The translations under genes were made by a program, and so were the position numbers. Positions 46,676 to 57,725 of a stretch of 64,000 nucleotides of DNA are shown here, piece after piece. Position 1 is the first letter of the stretch; every line of letters begins with the position of its first letter. The stretch comes from Betaproteobacteria bacterium (GTDB lineage Bacteria; Pseudomonadota; Gammaproteobacteria; Burkholderiales; Casimicrobiaceae), in assembly GCA_031396395.1 (NCBI GenBank), contig JANNKR010000059.1:2750-66749 (forward strand). Reading direction: 5' to 3'. The notes beneath the pieces are model-generated. The model searched no databases. It worked only from the letters and a program-made list of their open reading frames with translations, and was not told the DNA's origin.

Positions 46676-47965
46676 ATGGCCATGAACGAACCTGTCTACA
46701 TCGTCGACGGCAAGCGCACGCCGTTTCTCAAGTCGCGCAACCGGCCGGGGCCCTTTGCCGCGTCGGATCTTGCCACCGATGCCGGCCGCGCGCTGTTGCT
46801 GCGCCAGGGCTTCGACCCCACGCAATTGGACGAGGTGATCCTCGGCTGTGCGGCGCCGTCCCCCGATGAAGTGAACATCGGTCGGGTGGCCGCATTGCGG
46901 ATGGGCTGCGGCCTCAAGGTGCCGGGCTGGACCGTGATGCGCAATTGCGCGTCGGGCATGCAGTCCATCGATTCGGCGGTCAACAACATCCGCGCGGGCC
47001 GATCGAACCTGGTGCTTGCCGGTGGCGTCGACGCATTGTCGCGGGCGCCGCTGCTCTTCTCCGACACCATGGTGATGTGGTTGTCGAAATGGTATGCCGC
47101 GAAGACCACCGGGCAGCGCGCCGCGCTGCTGGCGCAATTCCGGCCCGGCTACTTCGCGCCGGTGATCGCGCTGATGAAGGGCCTCACCGACCCGATCTGC
47201 GGGCTGCTGATGGGGCAGACGGCTGAAAATCTCGCCTATCGCTTCGGCATCACGCGCCAGGAAATGGATGCCTACTCCGCAGGCAGTCACGCCAGGGTGA
47301 TTGCTGCGCAGAAGGCCGGACACTTCGCCGACGAGGTGGTGGCGCTCTACGACAAGGCCGGCAAGGTCTACGCGGAGGACGACGGCGCGCGCACGGACTC
47401 GACGGCGGAGAATCTCGCCAAGCTTCGCCCCTTCTTTGACAAGAAATACGGCAACGTCACTGCCGGCAACAGTTCGCAGATCACCGACGGCGGCGCCTGG
47501 GTGGTGGTGGCCTCCGCCCGCGCGGTGGACGAACACCGGCTGACGCCGCTTGGCCGCATCGTCGACTCGCAATGGGCAGGTCTCGATCCGGCGCAGATGG
47601 GGCTTGGGCCCGTGCATGCGGCGACCCCCATCCTGCAGCGACATGGGCTGAAACTCGATGATCTCGATGCCGTGGAAATCAACGAGGCGTTTGCCGCCCA
47701 GGTGCTGGCGTGCGAACGGGCGTGGGCCAGTGACGACTATTGCCGCGACGAACTCGGGCTGCCCGGGGCGCTGGGCGCCATCGACCCGGCGCGGCTCAAC
47801 GTCGACGGCGGCGCCATCGCATTGGGCCACCCGGTGGGGGCTTCCGGCACGCGCATCGTGCTGCATGTGCTGAACGTGCTGCGGCGCACCGGCGGCAAAC
47901 GCGGTCTGGCCGCCATCTGCATCGGCGGCGGTCTGGGCGGCGCCATGCTGGTCGAGCGCGTATGA
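46676..47965 (+). CDS. Acetyl-CoA C-acyltransferase (FadI/FadA-like thiolase)
   Basis: NCASG catalytic Cys, NEAFAAQ, GHPVGASG, CIGGG. Confidence 0.93.
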   Translation: MAMNEPVYIVDGKRTPFLKSRNRPGPFAASDLATDAGRALLLRQGFDPTQLDEVILGCAAPSPDEVNIGRVAALRMGCGLKVPGWTVMRNCASGMQSIDSAVNNIRAGRSNLVLAGGVDALSRAPLLFSDTMVMWLSKWYAAKTTGQRAALLAQFRPGYFAPVIALMKGLTDPICGLLMGQTAENLAYRFGITRQEMDAYSAGSHARVIAAQKAGHFADEVVALYDKAGKVYAEDDGARTDSTAENLAKLRPFFDKKYGNVTAGNSSQITDGGAWVVVASARAVDEHRLTPLGRIVDSQWAGLDPAQMGLGPVHAATPILQRHGLKLDDLDAVEINEAFAAQVLACERAWASDDYCRDELGLPGALGAIDPARLNVDGGAIALGHPVGASGTRIVLHVLNVLRRTGGKRGLAAICIGGGLGGAMLVERV

Positions 47966-48056
47966 GCGCGGTGACGCATCGCGTCCGGAGCAGGCGCGTC
48001 GACCCGCGGCCCGATGGCGCCGCGACTCCCATTCACCCGAACCCGCAGGATCACTG

Positions 48057-49975
48057 ATGCAACACTGGACCATTGAACGCAATGCCGACGGCATTGCGTG
48101 GCTTACGCTGGACCGGGTCGGCGCCACCGCCAACACGCTTTCCGGCGAGGTGCTGGCCGAACTGAATGAGGCGCTCGACCTGCTGGACCGCGATGCGCCG
48201 AAGGCGCTCGTCATCCGCTCCGGCAAGGCCAATGGCTTCATCGCCGGCGCTGACGTCGACGAATTCGCCGGCGTCACCGACGAGGCGGGCGCATTGGCCA
48301 TCGTCAAGCGGGGCTGGGACACGTTCGAGCGCCTGGCGCATGTGCGCTATCCGACGCTGGCGCTGGTCAGGGGATTCTGCCTGGGCGGGGGCCTCGAGCT
48401 TGCGCTGGCCTGCAGGTATCGCGTGGTCGTCGACGAACCGGGCACGAGGCTTGGACTGCCCGAAGTGATGCTGGGCATCGTGCCTGGATGGGGGGGCATT
48501 CGCCGGCTGCCGCGGTTGATCGGCGCGCCCGCGGCGCTCGACCTCCTGTTGACCGGCAGGACGATCGATGCGCGGCGCGCGAAGAAGCTGGGCGTGGCGG
48601 ACGAGTGCGTGCCGCCGCGCGTGATGGAGAACACGGCGCGCGGCGTGCTGCGCGCGCTGCCGGCGCCACGGCGGCTGAAGCTGCCGCTGTCGTTGACGCT
48701 CAATCCGCTGGCGCGTCGCTACATCGCCGCAAAGGCGAGGAAGCAGGTTGCGCAGCGCGCCCGCCGCGAGCACTATCCGGCGCCGTACGCCATCCTCGAC
48801 CTGTGGGTGCGCTACGACGGCAACGCGCTGGATGCGCCGGCCTCCGATCCTGCATCGGTGCCGTCGCTGCTGAAGACGCCGACTGCGTCCAACCTGATCC
48901 GCGTCTTCCGGCTGCAGGAGCGCCTGAAGAGCATGGGCAAGGAGGGCGACTTCAAGGCGGCGCACGTGCACGTCGTGGGTGCCGGCACGATGGGGGCGAC
49001 ATCGCCGCCTGGTGTGCGCTGCGCGGGCTGCGGGTCACGCTGCAGGACCAGAGTGCAGAGCGCCTGGTGCCCGCGATGACACGCGCGGCCAAACTGTTCG
49101 CGGACCGCCTGCGCGATCCGCGGCGGGTGCGCGATGCGACCGACCGGCTGATCCCCGACGTCGCGGGTGATGGCGTGGCCCATGCCGATGTCATCATCGA
49201 GGCGATCTTCGAGAACGTCGAGGCCAAGCGCAGCCTGTTCGCGGCACTGGAACAGAAGGCCCGGCCCGACGCGGTGCTGGCCACCAACACCTCGAGCATT
49301 CCGCTCGAGGACATTGCATCCACGCTGCAGGCCCCCGAGCGGCTGATCGGACTGCATTTCTTCAATCCGGTGGCGAAGATGATGCTGGTCGAGATCGTCG
49401 TAGGGGCCGGCACGGCGGCGGCACTGGTGCCGCAAGCCGCCGCGTTCGTGCGCCAGATCGACAAGCTGCCGCTGCCGGTCAGGAGCGCGCCCGGCTTCCT
49501 TGTCAATCGCGTGCTGGCGCCGTACCTCATGGAGGCCATGCGTTGCGTCGACGAGGGCATTGCGCCGGAAGCCGTCGATGAGGCGGCACTGGCCTTTGGC
49601 ATGCCGATGGGGCCGATCGAACTTGCCGATACCGTCGGCCTCGATATCTGCGTTGCGGTGGGCCGGCTGCTGGGCAGCGACGCGCAGCCGCCCCGGCGGC
49701 TGCAGGAACTCATTGCGGCGGGCCATCTCGGCCGCAAGACCGGGCAGGGCTTCTATCGATGGTCCAACGGCAAGCCGCAGAAGGCCGCGGCCGGCGCGGT
49801 ACCGGCGGGACTTGCGGATCGCCTGGTCGGCCCGATGGTCGACGAAGCGCGCGCGGCGCTGGCCGCCCACATCGTTGCCGACGCCGACCTGGTCGATGCC
49901 GGCGCGATCTTCGGCACGGGCTTCGCGCCGTTTCGCGGCGGCCCGCTGCACTTCGCCGGCGAGGCATTAACGTGA
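48057..49975 (+). pseudogene. FadJ/FadB-like enoyl-CoA hydratase/3-hydroxyacyl-CoA dehydrogenase split by a single-base loss
   Basis: Hydratase frame runs to VVGAGTMG; GDIAAW...IIEAIFE...TNTSS...HFFNP continues in another frame; G5 run at 48992-48996 is one G short of restoring MGGDI. Confidence 0.85.
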
Positions 49976-50140
49976 TCCGTTCGTACCCCGGGACGCCGCA
50001 ACTGGTGTAGGATTTTTGGACGGACGCCCCTCCCACGCGAGGATCGGCGCCGCAGGCTGAACCACCCCGCGTCGACCCCCCCACCGCGTTCTGGCGGTGG
50101 TGGAAATGCGGCGAAAACGGGTGGCACAAGGAGGCGTGTC

Positions 50141-51823
50141 GTGGACAAGATCTGGCTCAAGCACTATCCAAAGGGCGTTCCCGCGGAAATCGACATCAAC
50201 GAGTATGCGTCGGTGTGCGAAGTTTTCGAGGAGAGTGTGGCCAAGTTCGCCACCCGGCCCGCGTTCACCTGCATGGGCAAGACACTGACGTTTGCCGAGC
50301 TCGACACGCTCTCCGCGGCATTTGGCGCCTGGTTGCAGGGGATCGGCTGCAAGAAGGGCACGCGGGTCGCGCTGATGATGCCCAACATCCTGCAGTATCC
50401 GGTGGCCCTGTTCGGCACGCTTCGCGCGGGTTGCACGGTCGTCAATGTCAACCCGCTGTACACCGCGCGCGAACTCGAACACCAGCTGAGCGATTCCGGC
50501 GCCGAGGTGCTGGTCTGCGTCGAAAACTTTGCCGCCACCGTGGCCATCGTGGTCGGCCGGACCAAGGTCCGGCAGGTCGTGATGACCTCGATCGGAGAAT
50601 TGCTGGGCTTCAAGGGTATCGCGGTCGACTTCGTCATCCGGCACGTCAAGAAGATGGTTCCCGCGTATTCGCTGCCGGGCGCGATCCGCCTGTCCGATGC
50701 GCTGGCTGCCGGTCGCCGCAGCACCCTCACCCGGGTGCCGCAGGACCACAATGACATCGCGTTCCTGCAATACACCGGGGGCACGACCGGGGTGGCCAAG
50801 GGCGCGATGCTGCTCAACCGCAACATCGTCGCCAACCTGTTGCAGGCGCGCGCCTGGTTGAGCCCTTCCCTGAAGGCGGACCGCCGCGAAATCATCATCA
50901 CCCCGCTGCCGCTCTATCACATTTTTTCGCTGACCGCGAACTGCCTGGTCTTCATGACGCTTGGCGGCGAAAACGTGCTCATCCCCAACCCGCGCGACAT
51001 CCCGGGCTTCGTGAAGGAGATGGGCAAGTACAAGTTCACCGCCTTCACCGGCGTCAATACGCTGTTCAATGCGCTCGTCAACAACGAGGACTTCAAGAAG
51101 CTCGATTTCTCGGCGCTGGTGCTGACACTGGGCGGCGGCATGGCGGTGCAGGAAGCGGTGGCGAAGAAGTGGAAGGAGATCACGGGCGTGCCGTTGATCG
51201 AAGCCTACGGGCTCACCGAAACTTCGCCTGCGGCAACGATCAATCCACTCGATCTTCCCGAATTCAACGGCTCCATCGGTTTGCCGATTTCCTCGACCGA
51301 GGTGACGCTGCGCGATGATGCCGGCGTCACCGTGGCCCTGGGCAAGCCTGGCGAGATCTGCATCCGCGGGCCGCAGGTGATGGCGGGCTACTGGCACCGG
51401 CAGGACGAGACCGACAAGGTGATGGACAAGGACGGCTGGTTCGCGACCGGGGACGTCGGCGTGATGGACGACCGCGGCTTCGTCCGGATCGTGGACCGGA
51501 AGAAGGACATGATCCTGGTATCGGGCTTCAACGTGTATCCGAACGAGATCGAGGGTGTGGTCGCCGGTCATCCGGGGGTCCTCGAATGCGCCGCCGTCGG
51601 CGTGCCGGATGCCAAATCGGGGGAGGCGGTCAAGCTCTACGTCGTCAAGAAGGACCCGACGCTCACCAACGAGGACGTGCTGAAGTATTGTCGCGAGCAC
51701 CTCACCAGCTACAAGATTCCCCGTACCGTCGAGTTCCGCAGCGAGCTGCCCAAATCCAACGTCGGCAAGATCCTGCGCCGCGAGCTGCGGGACGAAATGA
51801 AGCGTCCGGGCGCCTCCGGCTGA
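50141..51823 (+). CDS. fadD: Long-chain fatty-acid-CoA ligase
   Basis: [44 protein letters not shown]. Confidence 0.95.
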   Translation: MDKIWLKHYPKGVPAEIDINEYASVCEVFEESVAKFATRPAFTCMGKTLTFAELDTLSAAFGAWLQGIGCKKGTRVALMMPNILQYPVALFGTLRAGCTVVNVNPLYTARELEHQLSDSGAEVLVCVENFAATVAIVVGRTKVRQVVMTSIGELLGFKGIAVDFVIRHVKKMVPAYSLPGAIRLSDALAAGRRSTLTRVPQDHNDIAFLQYTGGTTGVAKGAMLLNRNIVANLLQARAWLSPSLKADRREIIITPLPLYHIFSLTANCLVFMTLGGENVLIPNPRDIPGFVKEMGKYKFTAFTGVNTLFNALVNNEDFKKLDFSALVLTLGGGMAVQEAVAKKWKEITGVPLIEAYGLTETSPAATINPLDLPEFNGSIGLPISSTEVTLRDDAGVTVALGKPGEICIRGPQVMAGYWHRQDETDKVMDKDGWFATGDVGVMDDRGFVRIVDRKKDMILVSGFNVYPNEIEGVVAGHPGVLECAAVGVPDAKSGEAVKLYVVKKDPTLTNEDVLKYCREHLTSYKIPRTVEFRSELPKSNVGKILRRELRDEMKRPGASG

Positions 51824-51838
51824 CCTGCGCGGCCGCCG

Positions 51839-52219
51839 ATGACGCTTCCCGACAAGCAGCCGGTCCTGCGCGTGGTCCCGATGCCGGCGGATGTGAACCA
51901 ACATGGCGACATCTTCGGCGGCTGGATCATGGCGCAGGTGGACATTGCCGGGGGCGTCGTCGCGGCGCGCCATGCGCGGGGCCGGGTGGCCACCGTGGCG
52001 GTCAATTCCTTCACGTTCAAGCAACCGGTGCTGGTCGGTGACCTGGTGACCTTCTTCGCCGCCGTCACCCGTATCGGAAAGACGTCGATAACGGTTGATG
52101 TCGAGGTTTTTGCGCAGCGCAACCCGAAAGAGGAAGTTACCGTACGGGTGACCGAAGCGAGTCTTACCTACGTTGCGGTAGGTCCGGACCGCCGGCCGCG
52201 GCTGCTCGATTTGCCGTGA
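51839..52219 (+). CDS. Acyl-CoA thioesterase (hotdog fold, YciA-like)
   Basis: MPADVNQHGDIFGGWIMAQVD. Confidence 0.9.
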   Translation: MTLPDKQPVLRVVPMPADVNQHGDIFGGWIMAQVDIAGGVVAARHARGRVATVAVNSFTFKQPVLVGDLVTFFAAVTRIGKTSITVDVEVFAQRNPKEEVTVRVTEASLTYVAVGPDRRPRLLDLP

Positions 52220-52382
52220 TCATGTTCCCGGTCGAAGTCTCTCGATTCCGCTCTATTGCGAGTGTATAGTCATGAATGAGGGTTTCCGTCGCTTTACCGC
52301 CCCATGGGCGGGTGGATTCAAAAAAGATCAATTCGGAAGTCATACCAATCGTGCCGTCCACGGCACCCAGGAGGAGCAAGTG

Positions 52383-53798
52383 ATGGCATCGACAACGATA
52401 CGCAAGACGCAACTCGCCTCGGCGGTCAGCGCGCTGGTGCTGGCACTTGGCGCCGGGCAGGCGTTTGGCACCGGCTTCCAGTTGAACGAAAACAGCGCCA
52501 GCGGTCTCGGCAATGCGTTTGCCGGCGGCGCTGTGGCCACCGACGACGTTTCGGCGATGTGGTCGAACCCGGCCGCGATCTCGCAGTTTTCCAGGACTCA
52601 GGCGGCACAGGCCATCCACATCATCACGCCGTCGATCAAATTCAACAACAACGCTTCGCTTCCGGCCGCCAATCAGCCGCTGGGTGGCGATGGCGGCGAC
52701 GCCGGCGGGTTCAACTTCGTGCCGAACCTGTATCTGGCCGTGCCGATCAATGCGGCGTGGACCTTCGGCATCGGCATCAACGCCCCGTTTGGCCTGACCA
52801 CGGAGTTCGATGACGGCTGGCTCGGCCGTTACCAGGCAAAGAAATCGCAGATCCAGACGCTCAACGTCAACCCGGTGCTGTCGTGGAAGGCGACCCCGAC
52901 GCTGGCGATCGGTGCGGGTATCAACTATCAGTACCTCAAGGCCACGCTTACCAACAATGCCAACTACTCGGGGGCGCTGCTCTCCGCCGCCGGCGCCGCC
53001 GGCATCGCGCCTGGATCCCCGACCTTCAACGCCATCGCTGGCGCCACGCGCGGCCTCGACTCGGACGTGCAGGTCAAAGGCGAGGACGGCGCATGGGGCT
53101 GGAACATCGGGTTCGCCTGGGATGCCACGCCGCAGCTTCGCGCGGGCTTTTCCTACCGCTCGGAGATGAAGTACGACGTATCCGGCAACATCGATTTCAG
53201 CAACCCGACTGTCGTGCTTCCTCCGGGGACATCGCCGCAGTTGGCGGGAACGATTGCCGCGCTGTCTGCTGGCGTCAACCAGCGTGCCTTGTACAACCGC
53301 AGCGTGACCTCCGACATCACGCTTCCGGCCATCGCCAACCTGTCGATGCTCTACCGGTTGAACAGCCGGTGGGATGTGATGGCCGATATCCAGTACACCG
53401 GCTGGTCCAGCATTCCGGAACTCAAGTTCGTCCCGACCGACGGCTCCGTTCTCCCGGCGACACCGCTCAATTGGGACGATTCCTACAAATTCTCGGTCGG
53501 CGCGACCTACAAGGCCAACGAAGTGTGGAAAGCGCGCTTCGGTGTTGCCTTCGACCAGACACCCGTCACCAACGCTCCCACGACGCGGTTGCCCGACTCC
53601 GACCGCTGGTGGTTGGCGGTCGGCGGTGAGTACAAGTGGTCGCCGACCCTGAAACTCGATGGCGGCTTTGCCTACATCATCGGCGACAAGACCAATTTCA
53701 ACCGGAACGAGGGCTCGACGGCGAGCTATGGGCTGGTCAACGGCGAGTTCGAGGCAAGCACCTGGATCCTGTCGCTGCAGGCCACCATGACGTTCTAG
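52383..53798 (+). CDS. fadL: Outer-membrane long-chain fatty-acid transporter
   Basis: Signal peptide then GFQLNENSASGLGNAFAG, NPA, PFGL.TEFD, RLPDSDR, terminal Phe; AGGAGG RBS (GTG 52380 alternative). Confidence 0.92.
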   Translation: MASTTIRKTQLASAVSALVLALGAGQAFGTGFQLNENSASGLGNAFAGGAVATDDVSAMWSNPAAISQFSRTQAAQAIHIITPSIKFNNNASLPAANQPLGGDGGDAGGFNFVPNLYLAVPINAAWTFGIGINAPFGLTTEFDDGWLGRYQAKKSQIQTLNVNPVLSWKATPTLAIGAGINYQYLKATLTNNANYSGALLSAAGAAGIAPGSPTFNAIAGATRGLDSDVQVKGEDGAWGWNIGFAWDATPQLRAGFSYRSEMKYDVSGNIDFSNPTVVLPPGTSPQLAGTIAALSAGVNQRALYNRSVTSDITLPAIANLSMLYRLNSRWDVMADIQYTGWSSIPELKFVPTDGSVLPATPLNWDDSYKFSVGATYKANEVWKARFGVAFDQTPVTNAPTTRLPDSDRWWLAVGGEYKWSPTLKLDGGFAYIIGDKTNFNRNEGSTASYGLVNGEFEASTWILSLQATMTF

Positions 53799-53848
53799 TG
53801 TCATCGGGGCGGCAACGCTCCAGCATCGGTTGAAATTCACGAGGCATG

Positions 53849-53875
53849 ACGGCCGGGGCAACCCGGCCGTTTTTT
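53849..53875 (+). terminator. Rho-independent terminator after fadL
   Basis: ACGGCCGGG-GCAA-CCCGGCCGT followed by TTTTT. Confidence 0.8.
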
Positions 53876-54030
53876 CGGCGGCAGCGTGCTTGGCCATGCG
53901 CAAGGATTGTCGCCAATCCTTGGCCACGACGACGATTCGGCCCAGTAGCGTTTGGTAGAATGGTCTTCCCGCTGCGTGCAGTTTTCTCATACCTGCCCGT
54001 GACGCCACGGGTCTTTCCGGCACTCCATTC

Positions 54031-56436
54031 ATGTCAACATCATCGTTCTTCATCCGCAAGGCCGCCGTGCTCGGCGCCGGCGTGATGGGCGCGCAGATCG
54101 CCGCGCACTTCGCCAACGCCGGCATCCCGGTCATCCTGTTCGACCTGCCGGCCAAGGAAGGCGACCCCAACGGCCTCGCCGAGCGCGGCATAGCAGGCCT
54201 GGCCAAGCTCGAGCCGGCACCCTTCGCGGCGAAGGACCGCGCGGCGGCCATCGTTGCCGCGAACTATGGCAGCGACCTGGCGCGCCTGGCCGAGTGCGAC
54301 ATCGTGATCGAAGCCATCGCCGAGCGCATCGACTGGAAGCGCGACCTGTACGAAAAGATCACGCCGCATCTGGCGCCGGAAGCCGTGCTCGTGACGAACA
54401 CGTCGGGGCTGTCGCTGGCGGCGCTGTCGGCGGCTGTGCCCGAGACGCTGCGGCCGCGCTTTTGTGGCATGCACTTCTTCAATCCGCCGCGGTACATGTA
54501 CCTGGTCGAACTGATCGCGGGCCCGCAGACCGATCCCGCGCTGCTCGATGCGCTCGAGACCTTCCTGACGTCGACGCTGGGCAAGGGCGTGATCCGCGCC
54601 AAGGACACGCCCAACTTCATCGCCAACCGCGTCGGCATCTTCTCCGTGCTGGCCACGATGAAGCACGCCGAGACCTTCGGACTGTCGTTCGACGTGGTCG
54701 ATGCCCTCACTGGTCCCGCCATCGGCCGCGCGAAGAGCGCGACTTACCGCACCGCCGACGTCGTGGGACTCGACACGATGGCGCACGTGGTCAAGACGAT
54801 GTGGGACACGTTGCCCGACGATCCGTGGCATCCGTTGTTTGCCACGCCGCCGGTGCTGGCGGGCCTGGTGGCGCAAGGTGCGCTGGGTGCCAAGACCAAG
54901 GCAGGGTTCTTCCGCAAGGTCGGGAAATACATCGAGGTGCTGGATCCTGCCGCGCGCGAATACCGGGTGGCGGCGGGCGTAGTTGCGCCGGAGGTCGCGG
55001 AGATCCTGAAGCTCAAGTCTCCGGCGGAAAAATTTGCGGCGTTGCGCGCGCTGCAGCATCCGCAGGCGCAGTTCCTGTGGGCCATCTTCCGCGACCTGTT
55101 CCACTACAGCGCGTTTCACCTGGCAGCCATCGCCGATAATGCGCGCGACGTCGACCTTGCGATCCGCTGGGGTTTCGGCTGGCAGATGGGGCCGTTCGAA
55201 ACGTGGCAGTCGGCCGGGTGGGACCAGGTGGCGGCATGGGTTGCCGAGGACATCGCGGCGGGTCGCGCGCTGGCGAAGGTGGATCTGCCGGCGTGGGTGG
55301 CGGGGGAGGCGGTGCGCGCGGCCAAAGGCGTCCACGGTCGCGCTGGCGCCTATGCGCCGAGGGAGGGCAAGTTCGTCGCGCGGTCGACGCTGCCCGTCTA
55401 TCGCCGCCAGTTGTTTCCGGAGGCCGTATTCGGCGAAGCCCCAGCCGATCGCGGCACGACGATCTTCGAAACCGACGCCGTGCGCATGTGGCACCAGGGC
55501 GACGACGTGGCGATCGTGTCGTTCAAGAGCAAGGCCAACACGATCGGCGAGGATGTGCTCGATGGCCTGCTGCGCGCGATCGACGAAGCGGAGCGCGGCT
55601 ATGCCGGCCTCGTGATCTGGCAGACGCGGGAGCCGTTTTCGCTGGGCGCCAACCTGGCGGCCGTATCGCCGGGCATCGCGGCCCAGCAGTGGGACAAGAT
55701 TGACGCGGTGGTCGCCAAGTTCCAGCGCACCGCGATGCGGTTGCGCCACAGCCTGATCCCCACGGTGTGTGCCGTGCGCGGCATGGCGCTGGGCGGGTCG
55801 TGCGAGCTGATCATGCACGCGGATCGCACGGTGGCCGCGCTGGAGTCCTACATCGGGCTCGTGGAAGTGGGTGTCGGCTTGTTGCCTGCCGGTGGCGGCA
55901 GCAAGGAGTTTGCCGTGCGCGCGGCCGAGGAAGTGCGGCGCGGCGCCAACGGCAGCCAGATCGATCAGTTTCCGTTCATCCGCACCTATTTCCAGACGAT
56001 CGCCACCGCCACGGTGTCGAAGAGCGCGCTGGAGGCGAAGGAGCTGGGTTTCCTGCGCGCGTCCGACGTCGTGGTGATGAACGCCAACGAGCTGCTGTAT
56101 GTGGCCAAGGGCCAGGCACGGGCGCTGGCGGAGGCCGGTTACCGGCCGCCGCTGCCGGCGCGCAACATTCCGGTGGCGGGCAGGACGGGGTTCGCCACGC
56201 TGCAGATGATGCTGGTCAACATGCGCGATGGCGGCTTCATCAGTGCCTACGACTTCGAGGTGGGCAAGCGGGTGGCACGGGTGCTGTGCGGCGGCGAGGT
56301 CGAGTCCGGCAGCCTGGTCGACGAGGACTGGCTGCTCGAGCTCGAGCGCGCGGAATTCATGCACCTTTTGCGCCACGAATCCACGCAGGCTCGCATCGCG
56401 CATACGCTTGCGACCGGCAAGCCGCTGCGGAACTGA
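54031..56436 (+). CDS. 3-hydroxyacyl-CoA dehydrogenase/enoyl-CoA hydratase (FadN-type, dehydrogenase first)
   Basis: AVLGAGVMG, TNTSGL, HFFNPPRY, NFIANR, GLVEVGVGLLP, TGKPLRN. Confidence 0.93.
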   Translation: MSTSSFFIRKAAVLGAGVMGAQIAAHFANAGIPVILFDLPAKEGDPNGLAERGIAGLAKLEPAPFAAKDRAAAIVAANYGSDLARLAECDIVIEAIAERIDWKRDLYEKITPHLAPEAVLVTNTSGLSLAALSAAVPETLRPRFCGMHFFNPPRYMYLVELIAGPQTDPALLDALETFLTSTLGKGVIRAKDTPNFIANRVGIFSVLATMKHAETFGLSFDVVDALTGPAIGRAKSATYRTADVVGLDTMAHVVKTMWDTLPDDPWHPLFATPPVLAGLVAQGALGAKTKAGFFRKVGKYIEVLDPAAREYRVAAGVVAPEVAEILKLKSPAEKFAALRALQHPQAQFLWAIFRDLFHYSAFHLAAIADNARDVDLAIRWGFGWQMGPFETWQSAGWDQVAAWVAEDIAAGRALAKVDLPAWVAGEAVRAAKGVHGRAGAYAPREGKFVARSTLPVYRRQLFPEAVFGEAPADRGTTIFETDAVRMWHQGDDVAIVSFKSKANTIGEDVLDGLLRAIDEAERGYAGLVIWQTREPFSLGANLAAVSPGIAAQQWDKIDAVVAKFQRTAMRLRHSLIPTVCAVRGMALGGSCELIMHADRTVAALESYIGLVEVGVGLLPAGGGSKEFAVRAAEEVRRGANGSQIDQFPFIRTYFQTIATATVSKSALEAKELGFLRASDVVVMNANELLYVAKGQARALAEAGYRPPLPARNIPVAGRTGFATLQMMLVNMRDGGFISAYDFEVGKRVARVLCGGEVESGSLVDEDWLLELERAEFMHLLRHESTQARIAHTLATGKPLRN

Positions 56437-56469
56437 TCGGTAACGAACATCACGTCGAGATCGCGAACC

Positions 56470-57666
56470 ATGGACAGACAGATTCAGGATGCCTACATCG
56501 TGGCCGCCACGCGTACCGCCGTGGGCAAGGCCCCCCGCGGAGCGTTTCGGTCCACGCGCCCTGACACGTTGCTGGCACACGTGTTGAAAGCGGTATTGGC
56601 GCAGGTGCCGGCCATCGACGCGAATCGGATCGAGGATGCCATCATCGGCTGCGCGATGCCCGAGTTCGAACAGGGCATGAACGTCGCGCGCATCGGCGTG
56701 TTGCTGGCGGGATTGCCGAACAGCGTCGCGGGCATGACCATCAACCGGTTCTGCTCGTCCGGCCTCAATGCCGTGTCGGTTGCCGCGGATCGCATCCGTA
56801 CCGGCGAGGCCGACATCATGATCGCCGGCGGCACGGAGAGCATGAGCATGATTCCGATGCTCGGCCGCCTCGCGCTGAACGAGGCGGTGTTCGAGCAGGG
56901 CGAGAACGTCGGCATCGCCTATGGCATGGGGCTGACCGCCGAGAAGGTGGCGGCCCAATGGAAAGTCACCCGCGACGAACAGGATGCCTTCGCGCTGCAG
57001 TCGCACCAGCGGGCGCTGGCGGCGCAGGCGACCGGCGAATTTGCCACCGAGGTCAGCGCGATCACGATCGACGAAAGCGTGCCCGATCTCGCCGCGGACA
57101 GGATCGTGAAGCGCAGCAAGGTGTTCGAGCGCGACGAGGGCCCTCGTGCCGACACCACGGCCGAGGGCCTGGCCAAGCTGCGGCCGGTGTTTGCCGCGCG
57201 GGGCTCCGTCACCGCCGGCAACAGCTCGCAGATGTCGGATGGGGCCGGCGCATCGATCCTCGTGTCCGAACGCGTCCTGAAGGAGCTGAATCTCGCGCCA
57301 CTCGCGCGCTGGGTGGGCTATGCGGTGGCCGGCGTGGCGCCGGAGATCATGGGCATCGGGCCGATTGCGGCCATCCCGAAGGTGCTGAAGACCACGGGCA
57401 TCCGCCAGGACCAGCTCGACTGGATCGAACTGAACGAGGCTTTTGCCGCGCAGGCCATTGCGGTGATGCGCGAATTGAAGCTCGACCCGGCCAAGGTCAA
57501 TCCGCTGGGCGGCGCGATCGCACTGGGCCATCCGCTGGGCGCCACCGGCGCGATCCGGACGGCCACCATCACGCACGCGCTGCGGCGGCGCAAGCTGAAG
57601 TACGGCATGGTGTCGATGTGCGTGGGTACGGGTATGGGCGCCGCGGGAATCTTCGAGGCGATGTAG
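56470..57666 (+). CDS. Acetyl-CoA C-acyltransferase (thiolase)
   Basis: NRFCSSG, NEAFAAQ, GHPLGATG, CVGTGMG. Confidence 0.95.
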   Translation: MDRQIQDAYIVAATRTAVGKAPRGAFRSTRPDTLLAHVLKAVLAQVPAIDANRIEDAIIGCAMPEFEQGMNVARIGVLLAGLPNSVAGMTINRFCSSGLNAVSVAADRIRTGEADIMIAGGTESMSMIPMLGRLALNEAVFEQGENVGIAYGMGLTAEKVAAQWKVTRDEQDAFALQSHQRALAAQATGEFATEVSAITIDESVPDLAADRIVKRSKVFERDEGPRADTTAEGLAKLRPVFAARGSVTAGNSSQMSDGAGASILVSERVLKELNLAPLARWVGYAVAGVAPEIMGIGPIAAIPKVLKTTGIRQDQLDWIELNEAFAAQAIAVMRELKLDPAKVNPLGGAIALGHPLGATGAIRTATITHALRRRKLKYGMVSMCVGTGMGAAGIFEAM

Positions 57667-57725
57667 CCAGGCAGAACGGTCGCGGCGGATTGCCGCGGGG
57701 ATAACGCGTTGATGGAGGAGTGAAC

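Noticed and set aside
52265-52282. Fourth copy of the ATTAGnnTGnnTGCTCTA motif upstream of fadL (TATAGTCATGAATGAGGG)
   Set aside because: It needs a gap and lacks the CTCTA end; too weak to count
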